DNA of 64,000 bases, from the NCBI GenBank assembly GCA_951406725.2, contig OX597824.1, forward strand, positions 19,034,001 to 19,098,000. Reading direction: 5' to 3'. How positions within the stretch are numbered: the stretch's first letter is position 1; every line of letters begins with the position of its first letter. The stretch comes from Octopus vulgaris (taxonomy: Eukaryota). The notes beneath the pieces are model-generated. The model searched no databases. It had not been told where the DNA came from and saw nothing but the letters and a program-made list of their open reading frames with translations. The position numbers and the translations under genes were made by a program. Positions 45,006 through 61,026 of this stretch are shown here, one piece after another.

Positions 45006-45222
45006 GGTTTCAAATTATGGCACAAGGGTCAACAAGTTTGGGGTAGGAGCTCTGTCGATTACATCTACCCCAGTACTCACATGACGCTTATTTTATCGAC
45101 CCCTAAAAGGATGGAAGGCAAAGTCAACCTCAGCAGAATTTTAACTCGGTATGCAAAGACGGACGAAAATGCCGCTGAGCATTATTCTTGGCATCCTTAC
45201 GATTCAGCCAGCACGCCGCCTT
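45006..45222 (-). mobile_element. Diverged SINE family B
   Basis: Head, body and tail2 recognisable. Confidence 0.75.
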
Positions 45223-45252
45223 CATAATAATAATAAGAATAATCATAATAAA

Positions 45253-45330
<78 letters not shown>

Positions 45331-45332
<2 letters not shown>

Positions 45333-45563
45333 GTGCAAAAGATTGTCTTAACTGGTACATCACACGTATTGAGAAGAGCATTGTCGATGTGAGAACTGTT
45401 GCTGCTCATGCATTTTAATTTAACTTTAAAAAAAAAAAAATGAACGAACTACTGAGTTTCGTTTAATGGCCTACCAATGTATACTATGAGTTTTTTTGCC
45501 CTAGGAGTCGGGAAGACACTCGGCAAGAAATGGAAGCAAATTTGAAAGAAGAAGAAAAAAAAA

Positions 45564-45564
<1 letters not shown>
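45331..45564 (+). mobile_element. Short 3' copy of the R4/Dong-like element at 26878-27831, in (TAA)n
   Basis: Near-identical ORF end (VQKIVLTGTSHVLRRALSM*) and 3' UTR. Confidence 0.9.
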
Positions 45565-45603
<39 letters not shown>

Positions 45604-45604
45604 T

Positions 45605-46202
<598 letters not shown>

Positions 46203-46331
46203 TCCTCTCTACTGGAAGCACAAGGCCTCAAATCTGGGGGAAGAGATTAAGTCGATTACATCGACCCCAGTGCGTAACTGGTACTTATTTAATCGACCCC
46301 GAAAAGATGAAAAGCAAAGTCGATCCCGGCG

Positions 46332-46333
<2 letters not shown>
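46203..46333 (-). mobile_element. SINE family B, 3' part
   Basis: Body and tail2 within (TAA)n. Confidence 0.8.
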
Positions 46334-46403
<70 letters not shown>

Positions 46404-46936
46404 GGCAGTGGCTCTCATGGCTTCTGATCTTAACTGATTGGAAGTGTTATGTACATTGTTTTGTCTTGGTATAAAAGATGGGCTACAGCAAATATTCTGC
46501 TCAATACCACAGATTTGTTTGTCAGTTGTTTGAACCTAACCAGTTGAGCATGTCCCTTAGTGGCTGACGATATGTGCATCTCTGATCACGAGCAGAAGTA
46601 GTTGGGGAGCATCATAGCCATGTGTTGAGAGGGATTCTTTGGGGTTTGAATAATTCACCGCTGGAAACATGGGTGTTTCGTTCAATATCCTTAAACAACC
46701 CTTATTCAGGGACGTTTGAGCAGGATGGGCTACTCGACCAGAAGTAAATTCTAACTGGGCCCCACCTGCAAGGTCATGTGCTGTTTATCTTGATATGAGA
46801 TCACCATGTCGCGCACATATGGTTGTGATGCATGTGCCTAGTGTACCCTTATCAGCCGGGTAGTCATGATGGGTATACTGGGTTTCGTATATTTTACCCC
46901 AGTGTCACTTTGATGGCATGCACTGCTCTCTCACAC
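46404..46936 (+). mobile_element. Non-coding repeat family D in (TAA)n, copy 2
   Basis: Same 3' end as copy 1, different 5' start. Confidence 0.8.
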
Positions 46937-47000
<64 letters not shown>

Positions 47001-47174
47001 TTAATAATAACAACAACAACAACAGCAATAATAATAATAATAATGATAATGATAATAATAATAATAATGATAATAACAAGGAGGAGAAGGAGGAGAAGAA
47101 GGAGGAGGAGGAGAAGAAGAAGAAGAAGAAGAAGAAGAAGAAGAAGAAGAAGGAGAAGAATTAGAAGAAGGAAG

Positions 47175-47206
<32 letters not shown>

Positions 47207-47416
47207 GAAGAAGAAGAAGAAGAAGAAGAAGAAGAAGAAGAAGAAGGAGAAGAAGAGGAAGGAAGAAGAGGAAAAAGAAGAAATATTAATAATTTGAAGA
47301 AATCATCTAAAATGTGAAATATCCATAAGAACGAAGCTCTAATTTTAGTGAGAAGATTGTGAATTGACAAAACAGAATTTGCCACCCCCACATAAACCCT
47401 CGCCCCCACCATACAG

Positions 47417-47468
<52 letters not shown>

Positions 47469-47570
47469 ACACACTCAAAAATAGCAGGACATGAATTTGA
47501 ACAGCTGCGGTTGGACCAGGAATATATAACCAGCCATTTTGCAAACGACAAATACATACAATCTCTCTTT

Positions 47571-47604
<34 letters not shown>

Positions 47605-48002
47605 CACACACACAGAAAGGAAAAAAATGACAAGGCAACGGAGAGACATATTTAACATTTTAGATTACCGAAGAAGTGGTAGTTGTGAGACCGAGATTTA
47701 TTGTTAGGAACAGCAGAAAAACACTGCACGTCTTGTATTTTACTCATCATTTCGTGGTAGGGCTGCTCCCGTTGTTAATGTTGTTGTTGTTTTTTGCTGT
47801 TGTTGTAGTTGATGTTGTTGTTGTTGTTGTTGTTGTTGTTGTCGTAGTTGTTACTTTTTTTTTGTTCTGTGTGTTGTGCGTTTTTGTTTCAGTTTTTTTT
47901 TTTGTTTTTTTTTTGTTTTGGTGGATTTTTTTTGTTTTTGCACAATACCTCTTCAGATAAGTAGTAAAAAATTTTCTCTGTGTGTGCGCATGCGTGCATA
48001 TT

Positions 48003-48050
<48 letters not shown>

Positions 48051-48205
48051 TTGTCTGTTTGTCCCCTTATCTGTATGCGTGTACGCATGTGTATTCATGT
48101 TTCTGTATATGGTAGTGGGCACAGACAACAATATGGCCCAAAAAAATGTGTTTATGAGCGTGTGTATCTATCTATGTATGCATATATCAACACACACACA
48201 CACAC

Positions 48206-48253
<48 letters not shown>

Positions 48254-48338
48254 GAGGTCATTATTACACATAAATGCCACACGCTAGGAGGGACTATTTC
48301 TTATTAAGATTTTATCCTATTTAAAAAATTTTTTTTTA

Positions 48339-48383
<45 letters not shown>

Positions 48384-48469
48384 CGCAGAAACAATCATAT
48401 GAGTATGTGTATACCCTTTTGAAAACGATTTTTGTGTGTGTAGTCGTGCTTTTTTTAAGAATCTGGGGT

Positions 48470-48580
48470 AGTACTGTTTTATGATGGGGCAAGTCCAGGT
48501 TTTTGCAAATTACCCAGTGCAGCTCTATCATGCCTGTTGAGATACTTTGTAGGCGCAAGAAAAATGCACATGGAGACAAC
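48470..48580 (-). mobile_element. Small RLE-LINE fragment (RHD region)
   Basis: Minus strand gives APTKYLNRHDRA and HWVICKNLDLPH. Confidence 0.6.
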
Positions 48581-48597
48581 ATGATCATTATTATTAC

Positions 48598-48703
<106 letters not shown>

Positions 48704-48734
48704 GTTATTGTTATTATTATTATTAATATTATCA

Positions 48735-48819
<85 letters not shown>

Positions 48820-48822
48820 CAT

Positions 48823-49150
48823 TGCCTTTGCACAGTTTCTAAAGCTGGAGATGTACTACAGTGTCAGCTGTTCACTACCAGTGAACTAAGGTAACACCTC
48901 TTATTTTTCGAGTGCCTTTCGGAATATTCGAGCGGTTCCAAGCAGTGCTGTTTTCTGCAAGTGCTCCTCCCTTAGTGCAGCCCCCATTTGTTCCACGTAC
49001 TTCTCGAGACAATTATTGGCATTACTGCTACCTTTTTCATCGACCACAACCGCTTAACTTCCCAAGCTAACCTGCCATATCTCTCGACTTTTCTTTCTTC
49101 CTTATCGCACACCTTGTTGTCAGTTGGGCATCCTATATCTATGATCCAGC
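48823..49150 (-). mobile_element. 3' end of a second R4/Dong-like family in (TAA)n/(TGA)n
   Basis: WIIDIGCPTDNKVCDKEERKVERYGRLAWEVKRLW and LQKTALLGTARIFRKAL; its own 3' UTR followed by (AAT)n. Confidence 0.8.
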
Positions 49151-50077
<927 letters not shown>

Positions 50078-50246
50078 CCAATGTATTCGTTTGGGGTTGT
50101 GTTTTTTTTTTCGGATTTTCCTAACCTCTTTTCCCGAGAATCCACATTTTATAGAATGAATTATACATTGTTATTATTTATTTTGTTTTCCTTATATTTT
50201 CATTCTCATCTCTTCCTTTTTTCTTCTTGTCCATTTTTTCCTTTGT

Positions 50247-50281
<35 letters not shown>

Positions 50282-50351
50282 TACAAACATTTTCGCTTTT
50301 TATTTTCTTTCGTTTAACTTTTTTCCTTACTTCATTCATTTAACTCGTTCT

Positions 50352-50742
50352 GTGGCTGTGTGGTAAGTAGCTTGCTAACCAACCACATGGTTCCGGGTTC
50401 AATCCCACTGCGTGGTACCTTGGGCAAGTGTCTTCTGCTATAGCCCCGGGCCGACCAATGCCTTGTGAGTGGATTTGGTAGACGGAAACTGAAAGAAGCC
50501 TGTCGTATATATGTATATATATGTATATGTATGCGTGTGTGTCTGTTTGTCCCCCTAGCATTGCTTGACAACCGATGCTGGTGTGTTTATGTCCCCGTCA
50601 CTTAGCGATTCGGCAAAAGAGACCGATAGGATAAGTACTGGGCTTACAAAGAATAAGTCCTGGGGTCGAGTTGCTCGTCTAAAGGTGGTGCTCCAGCATG
50701 GCCGCAGTCAAATTACTGAAACAAGTAAAAGAGTAAACGAGA
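50352..50742 (+). mobile_element. SINE family A, near full length
   Basis: Colinear with family A. Confidence 0.9.
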
Positions 50743-51329
50743 GTTACTTTCGTTCCTCACTCATCCTTCATTTATTTCTTTGCCTCCCTTTTCTTCGTCG
50801 TCGTCTTTCCTTCCTCTTTCACCTTCGTTTTTTCTTCCTTCTTTCTGTCTTCATTTTCCTTCTATTATCTTCTTCATTCTCGAATCTTCCACATTTTTTA
50901 AAACCTTATTATTTCTTTCCATTTACTCCTCATTTCTTCTTCCAATTTTTCCCTTATCCTATTCTTACCGTCTATTTCCCCATCTCCTTTTGTCTTTTTT
51001 CCTTCTTCCTTCCCTTCCTCTTTTCTCCCGATGTATCTCCCTTCTTCGTATCTTCATCTCCTCCGACATCTTCTGTACTCCACTTGCATTTTATTACCTC
51101 TCTCTTCCTTCTCCTTATCTACCCCCCATTCCCACACATCAAAGTCACCCACAAACCACTTCACTTCCCCCAGTCTCTATATTTTCCTTCGTTTTTTTTT
51201 TCTTTCTTCGTGTCACTTAAATCCTCATCCTTCACCCATCATTCTCATTCTCTTTAGCCTTTCCTTCCTCCTCATTCAAAACTCGAGCACAACACCCTCA
51301 CAGATAATTCTGTCAAATGTTGCATATTT

Positions 51330-51395
<66 letters not shown>

Positions 51396-51735
51396 GGACA
51401 CTCGCACGTACACAGGCATATACAAACACATTCACATGCCCATGCACACACTCATACACATACACGCACATACATATATACATACACACACATATATATA
51501 TATATACATACATACACAGAGACAAGTTCACACAATTACAGATATATTTATACACAATCATATAAACTCAGGTAATCCGGCACATATACACATGCAGAAA
51601 TAAACATATGCACTTGCATTCATAAATGCATACATACATATACATATATACATACGTACCTACATACATACATTACATACATGCATACGTACGTACATAC
51701 ATACGTACGTACTACACAAATACACACACATACCT

Positions 51736-51806
<71 letters not shown>

Positions 51807-51842
51807 GTATATATATATATATGTATATGCATATATATATGC

Positions 51843-51943
<101 letters not shown>

Positions 51944-52599
51944 TACATTTCACACACCATGCTCCTCCATTTTGGTGTGTGACGTCATAATCCCTACAGC
52001 CGGGTTTCCAAACACAGCCCCTCGCCCCACAAAGAAATACATTTAATAAAACAAACCTATCTGTGCTTGTACGTATGTCCCCTAACGGAAAAGTCTCCGT
52101 TGCTCCCTTCCAGCCCCTGTCTTAGACCAACTCCCTACACTTTCAAGACGAGGAGACAATTTCTAATCATTTTCTAATTTTTTCCCTCTTTTATTTACGT
52201 ATTTCCTTTTTTTCTTTTGGCATTTTAAAACTATTTCTTGTAACGTTTGGATATTTACTCTTCTTTATTTCTCCGTTCCAACCTTAGGTTCGTTAAACTC
52301 TGTAGACGCAGAAATATGTGTGTACGCATGTATGTATGCGTGTACGTACATACATATGTATTTATGCATATTTTATACATGTGTGTCTGTGTGTATGTAT
52401 GTATATATATATATAAATGTCAATATCCGGAGATATTGTATTCACCTCAAAAGGCGTCACTGATTGGTTGAAATTGCCGAAATGCAAGAAATTAAACAAC
52501 AAATAGCTTACCAACTACAGAATGTTCTCAAGAAAGCCAAGAGAAAAAGATTTAGTTACAAAGAAATTATTTAAAAAATCAGCCGGTCAAAGTGAAAAG

Positions 52600-52860
52600 A
52601 TCCCAGTGCTCAACTGATATATATTTTATCGACCCTGAAAGGATGATAGGCAAAGTCGAACTCTGCGGAATTTGAACTCAGAACGTAGCGGCAGACGAAG
52701 TGCTGCAATGCATTTTGCACGGCGTGCTAACGTTTCGGCCAATCCATTCTCTTACAGGTACAAGGCCTAACACTTTCTGGGTGGGGGGTACAAGTCGACA
52801 CCGGGTACTTAGTTTATCTGTGCCAAAAGCATAGAAAGCAAAGTCGACTTCGTCGGAGAT
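52600..52860 (-). mobile_element. Two diverged SINE family B fragments
   Basis: tatcgaccctgaaaggatga ... gaatttgaactcagaacgtagc. Confidence 0.7.
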
Positions 52861-52935
52861 TAGAGCGGTATTTCTATTTTAGGCTAAGTCGACCTCGTTC
52901 CAGTGCTTCAGTGGTACCTTGTTTCATCGGCCGAA

Positions 52936-53711
52936 ATAATGATGATGATGATGATGATGATGATGTAAGAAGAAAAAGAAGAAGACGAAGAAGAAGAAGA
53001 AGAAGAAAAAGTTGAAGAAGGAGGAGGAGGAGGAGAAGGGGAAGGAGAAGAATGAGGAGGAGAAGAAGGAGAAGGAGAAGAAGGAGGAGGAGGAGGTGGA
53101 GGTGGAGGAGAAGAAGAAGAAGAAAAAGTTGAAGAAGAAGGAGGAGGAGGAGAAGGGGAAGGAGAAGAATGAGGAGGAGAAGAAGGAGAAGGAGAAGAAG
53201 GAGGAGGAGGAGGTGGAGGTGGAGGAGAAGAAGAAGAAGAAGTTGAAGAAGAAGAAGAAGAAGAAGAAGAAGAAGAATGAGAAGAAGAAAAAGAAGAAGG
53301 AGGAGAGGAAGAAGAAGAATGAGAAGAAGAAAAAGAAGAAGGAGGAGAGGAAGAAGAAGAATGAGAAGAAGAAAAAGAAGAAGGAGGAGAGGAAGAAGAA
53401 GAAGAAGAAGAAGAAGAAGAAGAAGAAGAAGAAGAAGAAGAAGAAGAAGAAGAAGAAGAAGAAGAAGAAGAAGAAGAAGAAGAAGAAGAAGAAGAAGAAG
53501 ATCGCACATGTCTACATAAAATGCAATATGGTAAGGCAGTTATCTGGCTCCAGTAAAAAGGGGAAAAAAAACAATAAAAATGATAAGAAGAATAAATGGA
53601 AGAAGATAGAAGAGATTAACAATACGAAGAAGAAGAAGAAGAAGAAGAAGAAGAAGAAGAAGATGATGATGATGATGATGACGACGACGACGATGATGAT
53701 GGTGATGATGG

Positions 53712-53761
<50 letters not shown>

Positions 53762-53813
53762 GTGGTGATGATGTTGTTGATGATGATGATGATGATGTTG
53801 ATGATGATGATGG

Positions 53814-53854
<41 letters not shown>

Positions 53855-53900
53855 TTGATGATGTTGATGATGTTGATGATGATGTTGATGATGATGATGT

Positions 53901-53944
<44 letters not shown>
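52936..53944. repeat. (GAA)n/(GGA)n/(GAT)n purine-rich compound repeat
   Basis: Direct reading; includes internal block duplications. Confidence 0.9.
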
Positions 53945-54258
53945 TGGGAGTTGGTGCACATGTAACGAACGTACAGACAGTTACCATTCCACTACAACAG
54001 AGAGAGAGAGACAGACAGACAGAGACAGAGACAGAGAAGGGACGAGAGAGAGGAAAGGAGACAAGAGGGGGGCAGGGAGAGTATGTGGGAGGGAGGGAGG
54101 GAGGGAGGAAGAGGGTTGGTTCTGTGTCCTTTAAATGTCTCTCGCAAAGTGAGAAGTGTTAACATTGGCCGTCGGCTGAAGGAATTATATAATGCGTAAC
54201 TCCGAACATATGGTGAATATATGCGTGTGTGTATGCGTGTGTGTGTGTGTATGTGTGT

Positions 54259-54325
<67 letters not shown>

Positions 54326-54502
54326 GTTTGTGTGGTTGTTAATAGTTGTGTATGTGGTTGTGTGTAAGTGAGACCGGGTGTATTTTGAAGTTTTCTATGT
54401 GTGAAGTGGCGTGTGGATTTTTTTTTTTTGTATGGTTGAGTGATGGCGTGCGCGCGTGCGCAAGTGTCTTTTTTTTTGTATGTCGTTGTGTAAGTCTGCT
54501 TC

Positions 54503-55775
54503 TTTGTGTGTTTTGCAGTTTGTGTGTGTGTGTGTTTTGCAGTTGTGTGTGTATGTGTGTTTTGTAGTTTGTGTGTGCGTGTGTGTTTTGCAGTTGTGTG
54601 TGTGTTTTGCAGTTTTGTGTGTGTGTGTTTTGCAGTTGTGTGTGCGTGTGTGTTTTGCAGTTGTGTGTGTGTTTTGCAGTTTTGTGTGTGTGTGTTTTGT
54701 AGTTTGTGTGTGCGTGTGTGTTTTGCAGTTTTGTGTGTGTGTGTTTTGCAGTTGTGTGTGTATGTGTGTTTTGTAGTTGTGTGTGTGTGTGTGTTTTACA
54801 GTTGTGTGTGTGTGTGTGTGTTTTAGTTGTGTGTGTGTGTGTGTGTGTTTTGCAGTTGTGTGTGAGTGTGTTTTGTAGTTTGTGTGTGCGTGTGTGTTTT
54901 GCAGTTGTGTGTGTATGTGTGTTTTGTAGTTTGTGTGTGCGTGTGTGTTTTGCAGTTGTGTGTGTGTGTGTGTGTTTTGTAGTTTGTGTGTGTGTGTGTG
55001 TTTTGCAGTTGTGTGTGAGTGTGTTTTGTAGTTTGTGTGTGTGTGTGTGTTTTGCAGTTGTGTGTGTATGTGTGTTTTGTAGTTTGTGTGTGTTTTGCAG
55101 TTTTGTGTGTGTTTTGTAGTTGTGTGTGTGTGTGTGTTTTGTAGTTGTGTGTGTATGTGTGTTTTGTAGTTGTGTGTGTGTGTGTTTTACAGTTGTGTGT
55201 GTGTGTTGCAGTTTTGTGTGTGTTTTGTAGTTGTGTGTGTGTGTGTGTTTTGTAGTTGTGTGTGTGTGTTTTGTAGTTGTGTGTGTGTGTGTTTTGCAGT
55301 TGTGTGTGTCTCTGTGTGTTTTGTAGTTGTGTGTGTGTTTTGCAGTTTTGTGTGTGTGTGTTTTGCAGTTGTGTGTGTATGTGTGTTTTGTAGTTGTGTG
55401 TGTGTGTGTTTTACAGTTGTGTGTGTGTGTGTGTTTTGTAGTTGTGTGTGTGTGTTTTGTAGTTGTGTGTGTGTGTTTTGCAGTTGTGTGTGTGTGTGTT
55501 TTGTAGTTGTGTGTGTGTGTTTTACAGTTGTGTGTGTGTTTTGTAGTTGTGTGTGTGTGTTTTGTAGTTGTGTGTGTGTGTTTTGTAGTTGTGTGTGTGT
55601 GTGTGTTTTGCAGTTATGTGTGTGTGTGTTTTGCAGTTGTGTGTGTATGTGTGTTTTGTAGTTGTGTGTGTGTGTTTTGTAGTTGTGTGTGTGTGTGTTT
55701 TGCAGTTGTGTGTGTGTGTGTTTTGCAGTTATGTGTGTGTATTTTGCAGTTGTGTGTGTGAGTTTGCTTTGCAGT
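54503..55775 (+). repeat. Minisatellite [(TG)n TTTT G(C/T)AGT], about 60 units
   Basis: Direct reading; unit count estimated from span. Confidence 0.92.
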
Positions 55776-56093
55776 CGTGTGTGTGCGGTTGCGTGCCGGT
55801 ACGCATGTTTGATTGTGTATGTGTGTGTGTATGTGCGTGCGTGTAGCTGTGAGTATATGAGAATATCTATGTAGTAGTATGTATTTGCGTCCGCGTGCGT
55901 GCGTTTGTGTGGTTGCGTTTGTGTGGTTGTATGTGTGTGTATGTGTGTGTGTGTGTGGTACTCTAGATATGTGCGTGTGTGATGGCGTATCTAAGAGGCT
56001 GGTTGTCCTTGTATGCGCGGTTACGTTTGTGAGTTTGTCTTTAGTTGTAGTAGTGGTGGTGGTGGTGGTGGTATCGGTAGCGGTGATGGTGGC

Positions 56094-56126
<33 letters not shown>

Positions 56127-56136
56127 GGAAGTAGTA

Positions 56137-56180
<44 letters not shown>

Positions 56181-56372
56181 AGTGGTGTTGGTGGTGATGG
56201 AGGTAGTGGAGGTGGCAGTAGTAGTAGCAGTAGTGGTGGTGGTGGTGGTGGTGGTGGTGGTGGTAGTGGTATGACACTACGGCCTAGCGTCTTTTGCTAT
56301 AATCTCGGGCCGACCAATGGTCTGTATGTGGTGGTGGTGAGGATATGGTGGTGGTGGTAGTAGTAGTAGTAC

Positions 56373-56437
<65 letters not shown>

Positions 56438-56805
56438 ATGGTGATGGTAGTTGGACAGTGTGTGGTTGTGCATGTAATCGCGTAGTGTGTTTTAGGCGGC
56501 CGTTTGCGGCTATATCGTTGTGTGTCACTTCAAATACTTATTGACATATGTTCTCTCTCTTTACTTCCCGAGTTCAAATCCCACCGAAGCCAACTTTGTC
56601 GTCCATAGAAATACAATGAACTGACAGGATCGTTAGCGTGTCGGACAAAACGCTTAGAGGCATTTCGTCCGTCATTACTTCATATTCCGCCAAGGTCGAC
56701 ATTGCCTCACACTCATTCAGGGCCGATAAAATAAGTACCAGTTAAACACTGGGGTCCATGTAATCGACTTATCTCCATCCCCTAATTTGCTGGCCCTGTG
56801 CCAAC

Positions 56806-57346
56806 AACCCATCTGATAAAGGTGCACAAGGAACATGTATGACAACCACATGTGCGCGATATGGTGATCTCATGTCAAGATAAACAGCATCTGATCTTGC
56901 AGGTGGGGCCCAGTTAGAATTTCCTTCAGGTCGAGAATGCGATCCCGCTCGAAAGGTCCATAAATAAAAACTGCTTTTATGAATGATGACCGAAACAGCC
57001 ATGCTTCAAGAGGTGAATCATTCAAACCCCCCAAAAGAACTCCTCTCAACACATGGCTATGTTGCTCTTCCATTACTCTTGCTCGTGATCAGAGATGCAT
57101 ATATCGTAAGTTCAGGTTATTTAAATCTGAGAGTGAGGCAAAGTCGAGAATGCCATCCCGCTCGAAAGGTCCCTAAATAAAGATTGTTTTATGAAGGATG
57201 AACGAAACAGCCATGTTTCAAGAAGTGAATCATTCAAACCCCCCAAAAGAACTCCTCTCAACACATGGCTATGTTGCTCTCCCATTACTCTTGCTCGTGA
57301 TCAGAGATGCATAAGTTCAGGTTATTTAAATCTGAGAGTGACGCAA
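56806..57346 (-). mobile_element. Diverged family D fragment with a ~210-bp tandem duplication
   Basis: Reverse complement of about 46570-46860; 56929-57141 is repeated at 57142-57346. Confidence 0.8.
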
Positions 57347-57855
57347 TATAACAGAGAGGCCTTGTGTCCTACGCTTGCTCTCATGAATTTGACGCAGTAT
57401 AAGGGAAAGAGAACAGAGCCATTCCAAGAGTTATTGGTACTCGTATGAACCATAATTTTGCTGCTTCCATCGTAGTATCTACGGGCTGATGTAGACTAAA
57501 GGAATCATGTATTATAGAATGTATTCAAGTAGATTCTACTAAGGGTTTCAGCACTGAAAAAAGGCCGAAGATCACAAGATTCTTCTGGAATTACCACCCA
57601 CTGTGACCGAAAGTGAATCAGTGTGTTGATGTAGAAAGCCTGCTTTCAAAAAGTGTGTGAGTACGAAACACGTGATGGGAAGAAATGATACTGCCTACGT
57701 ACACCAGTACTAATCCTTTTTTTAAGTTTGGCATTCTATCGGTCTCTTTAACCGAACCCCTAGGTTACGGAGATATAAACACGTCAACACCGGTTGTCAA
57801 AGTGGTGGTGGAAGACAAATGCAGACAGAGAGATGCACGCATATATGTATATACA

Positions 57856-58253
57856 CTCTTTTACTCTTTTACTTGTTTCAGTCATTTGACTGCGGCCATG
57901 CTAGAGCACCGCCTTTAGTCGAACAAATCGACCCCAGGACTTATTCTTTGTAAGCTTAGTACTTATTCTATCGGTCTTTTTGCCGAACCGCTAAGTTACG
58001 GGGACGTAAACACACCAGCATCGGTTGTGAAGCGATGTTGGCGGGGACAAACATAGTCACACAAATGTATATACACACACATATATATACATATATACAT
58101 ACATACGATGGGTTTCTTTCAGTTTCCGTCTACCAAATCCACTCACAAGGCTTTGGTCGGCCCGAGGCTATAGTAGAAGACACTTGCCCAAGGTGCCACG
58201 CAGTGGGACTGAACCCGGAACCATGTGGCTAGTAAGCAACCTACTTACCACAC
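57856..58253 (-). mobile_element. SINE family A, near full length; inverted partial copy adjacent at 58265-58430
   Basis: Colinear with family A. Confidence 0.9.
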
Positions 58254-59534
58254 AAACTATATATATTTGTGTGTTTGTGTTTGTTCTCCTCACCATTGCT
58301 TGACAACCTCGTACTCTAACGATTCGGCAATAGAGACCGACAGAATAAGTCATGGATTCGATTTGTTCGACTAAAAGGCAGTGCTCCAGCATGGCCGCTG
58401 TCAGATGACTGAAGCAAGTAAAAGAATACACATGCATGAGTACAGGAACATATGCTATGTTGTCTGAGAAGCTGCGCGTTTTGACTTACGCATACGAATA
58501 TATATACACAATTTGTGCGTATATTTTGTACGCTGGTAGGTTTGTACTCGTAAGTACAAAAACCAGGCCAAACCTATGGAATATTTTAGATATTTACACT
58601 GTTCCATTAATGGCATGCAATTGTAGTTTCCTAATTAACCGTGTATTTTTTGACTTTCTGAAGCGAAACCAGGCTTTTCATGATTCGGGTTGAAGCAATT
58701 AATTACATAAGCAAACGGCTCAATAACCACTAAAAGTGATCTAAAGTTTGTGTTTTTGTGTCAGAATAGAACAATGAATGCATACGAGACTTTACACTTA
58801 CGTCTTATGTATGTGTGTATGTATGTATGTATGTATGTATGTATGTATGTATGTATGTATGTATGTATGTATGTATGTATGTACGTGATTGTTCAGTTTT
58901 CTTTCAAGATTTCTTGCCAGTAGAGAAGGAGCCGGTTTCTAACCTAGATTGAAGGCTCCTTCATTGTAATTTCAACAGCAAAAAGAGTATTTTTGCTTGT
59001 ATGTATGTATGTATGTATGTATGTATGTATGTATGTATGTATTTCATCACACACTTCTTTAAGTAAGATCCTTGAGCAAGGAGGTAATCTTTTTGTAACA
59101 TACCTCTGCCACGTGTTAGTTTTCTGTTTGACTCTCACTGAATCTGGTTCGGTTTTCGTACTCCCGGTCGACCTGCAACGTTAAAAAATGTCAGCTTAAT
59201 GTTCTTTGATGGCAATGTTGCAATCTTGCAATGTTTTTATCGATTAAATTAATGATTACACGAATACATCTGTTATGCGTTTCAACATGTAACCTTAAAT
59301 GTTCTTAAGTCTTTGTTCGTTTATTTCTATTTTAGTTGTATTATATTTCTTTTATGTCAACATTTTTGCATTTGAAAAATACAAGGCTTATTCGTTACTA
59401 CTGCCTCCTCGTCAACCTGCTTCTATAGAGGTGGCCATTTGGAAGTACAACAGATAATGCAATGTCTGAAACGAATTTGGCTTTCACCAAAGATATAGAA
59501 TGTCGATGAAATAGTCTAGAGTGCTGTGTGAACT

Positions 59535-59835
59535 TCACGTGGCTTAGTGGTTAGCGTATTCAGCTCACGATGGTAAGGGCGTGAGATCGATTCTCGACGG
59601 TGCGTTGTGACCTTGACCAAGACACTTTATTTCATGTTGTTTCAGTCCACTCAGCTTGCAATAATGAGTAGTACCAGCATTTCAAAGGGCCGGCCTTGTC
59701 AAATTCTGTGTCACGCAGAATCTCACTAACAGCTACGTAGAAGGTTTACGTGTATGTGGAGTGCTCAGCCACTCGCACGTTAATTTCTCGTTCCGTTGGT
59801 CAAATCAGCTGGAAAACTTGTCGACATAATCGATG
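59535..59835 (+). mobile_element. SINE family C1, diverged
   Basis: cgtggcttagtggttag ... ccttgaccaagacactttatttca ... ttcaaagggccggccttgtca. Confidence 0.8.
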
Positions 59836-59953
59836 GGAAAATAAAATTTATACGGAAAACTAAAATTTTAGTCCTTTTGATACTTCATGTAAAAACAGCT
59901 TTTCGCTCGGAAGTTCTGACATAGGCATCCATTCATTTAGTATTATAATTTTA

Positions 59954-60011
<58 letters not shown>

Positions 60012-60012
<1 letters not shown>

Positions 60013-60218
60013 CCTTTCTACTAAAGGCACAAGGCCTGAAATTTTAGGGGGAAGAGGAAAATCGATTATGTCCACATATGTGTTTCACTGGTACTTAATT
60101 TGTTGACCACGAATGGTTTAAAGGCAATGTCGAACCCGGCGGAATTTGAACTCAGAACGTAAAGACGGACGAAATGCCACTAAGCATGTTGTCTGGCATG
60201 CTAACGATTCTGCCAGAT
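60012..60218 (-). mobile_element. SINE family B (tail 2) with (ATT)n tail
   Basis: Head, body and tail recognisable. Confidence 0.8.
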
Positions 60219-60222
60219 GACA

Positions 60223-60265
<43 letters not shown>

Positions 60266-60369
60266 CGACGACGACGACGACGACGATGATGATGATGATG
60301 ATGATAATTAGAAGAAGAAGAAGAAAGAAGGAAAGAAAGAGAGAGAGAAGGAAGGAAGGAAAGGAATGA

Positions 60370-60437
<68 letters not shown>

Positions 60438-60786
60438 ACGATTAGTTGCAGGAGGTGAAAGAGTTAGGTATGTTCAAACAGGATACGTTGACCGAACTTG
60501 AACCCAGCACGAAATACGCATGCGTCAAATCTAGTTTGGCACTCATCTATTTGCAGTTCTATAATAATTCTGCCTTCATCAATGTCAAAGTCACAATTCG
60601 ATGAAGACAGATCGTTAACTGATGTTTTCAAATGTCATGCAGGCCTTTGTCTTTCTGCGCTGCTATTTCATCGTCTTAGCAGCCGGGCTCCCAACAACCA
60701 CTTTCAGCGTCGCTTCGCGTTCGACACTGACAGTAATCTAATTGATACCACACCTCCTCATTGCAGTGAGGAACACATTCATACAT

Positions 60787-60865
<79 letters not shown>

Positions 60866-60898
60866 TGTATATGTATGAATGTGTTCTCAATATATATG

Positions 60899-60950
<52 letters not shown>

Positions 60951-60986
60951 TATATACATATGTGTATATATGTATTTGTGCGTATA

Positions 60987-61026
<40 letters not shown>

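Noticed and set aside
53012-53965. 317-aa K/E/M-rich ORF
   Set aside because: Translation of (GAA)n/(GAT)n repeats, open in several frames on both strands.
54456-55874. Cys/Val-rich ORFs resembling metallothionein or keratin-associated proteins
   Set aside because: Translations of the (TG)n minisatellite in all frames.
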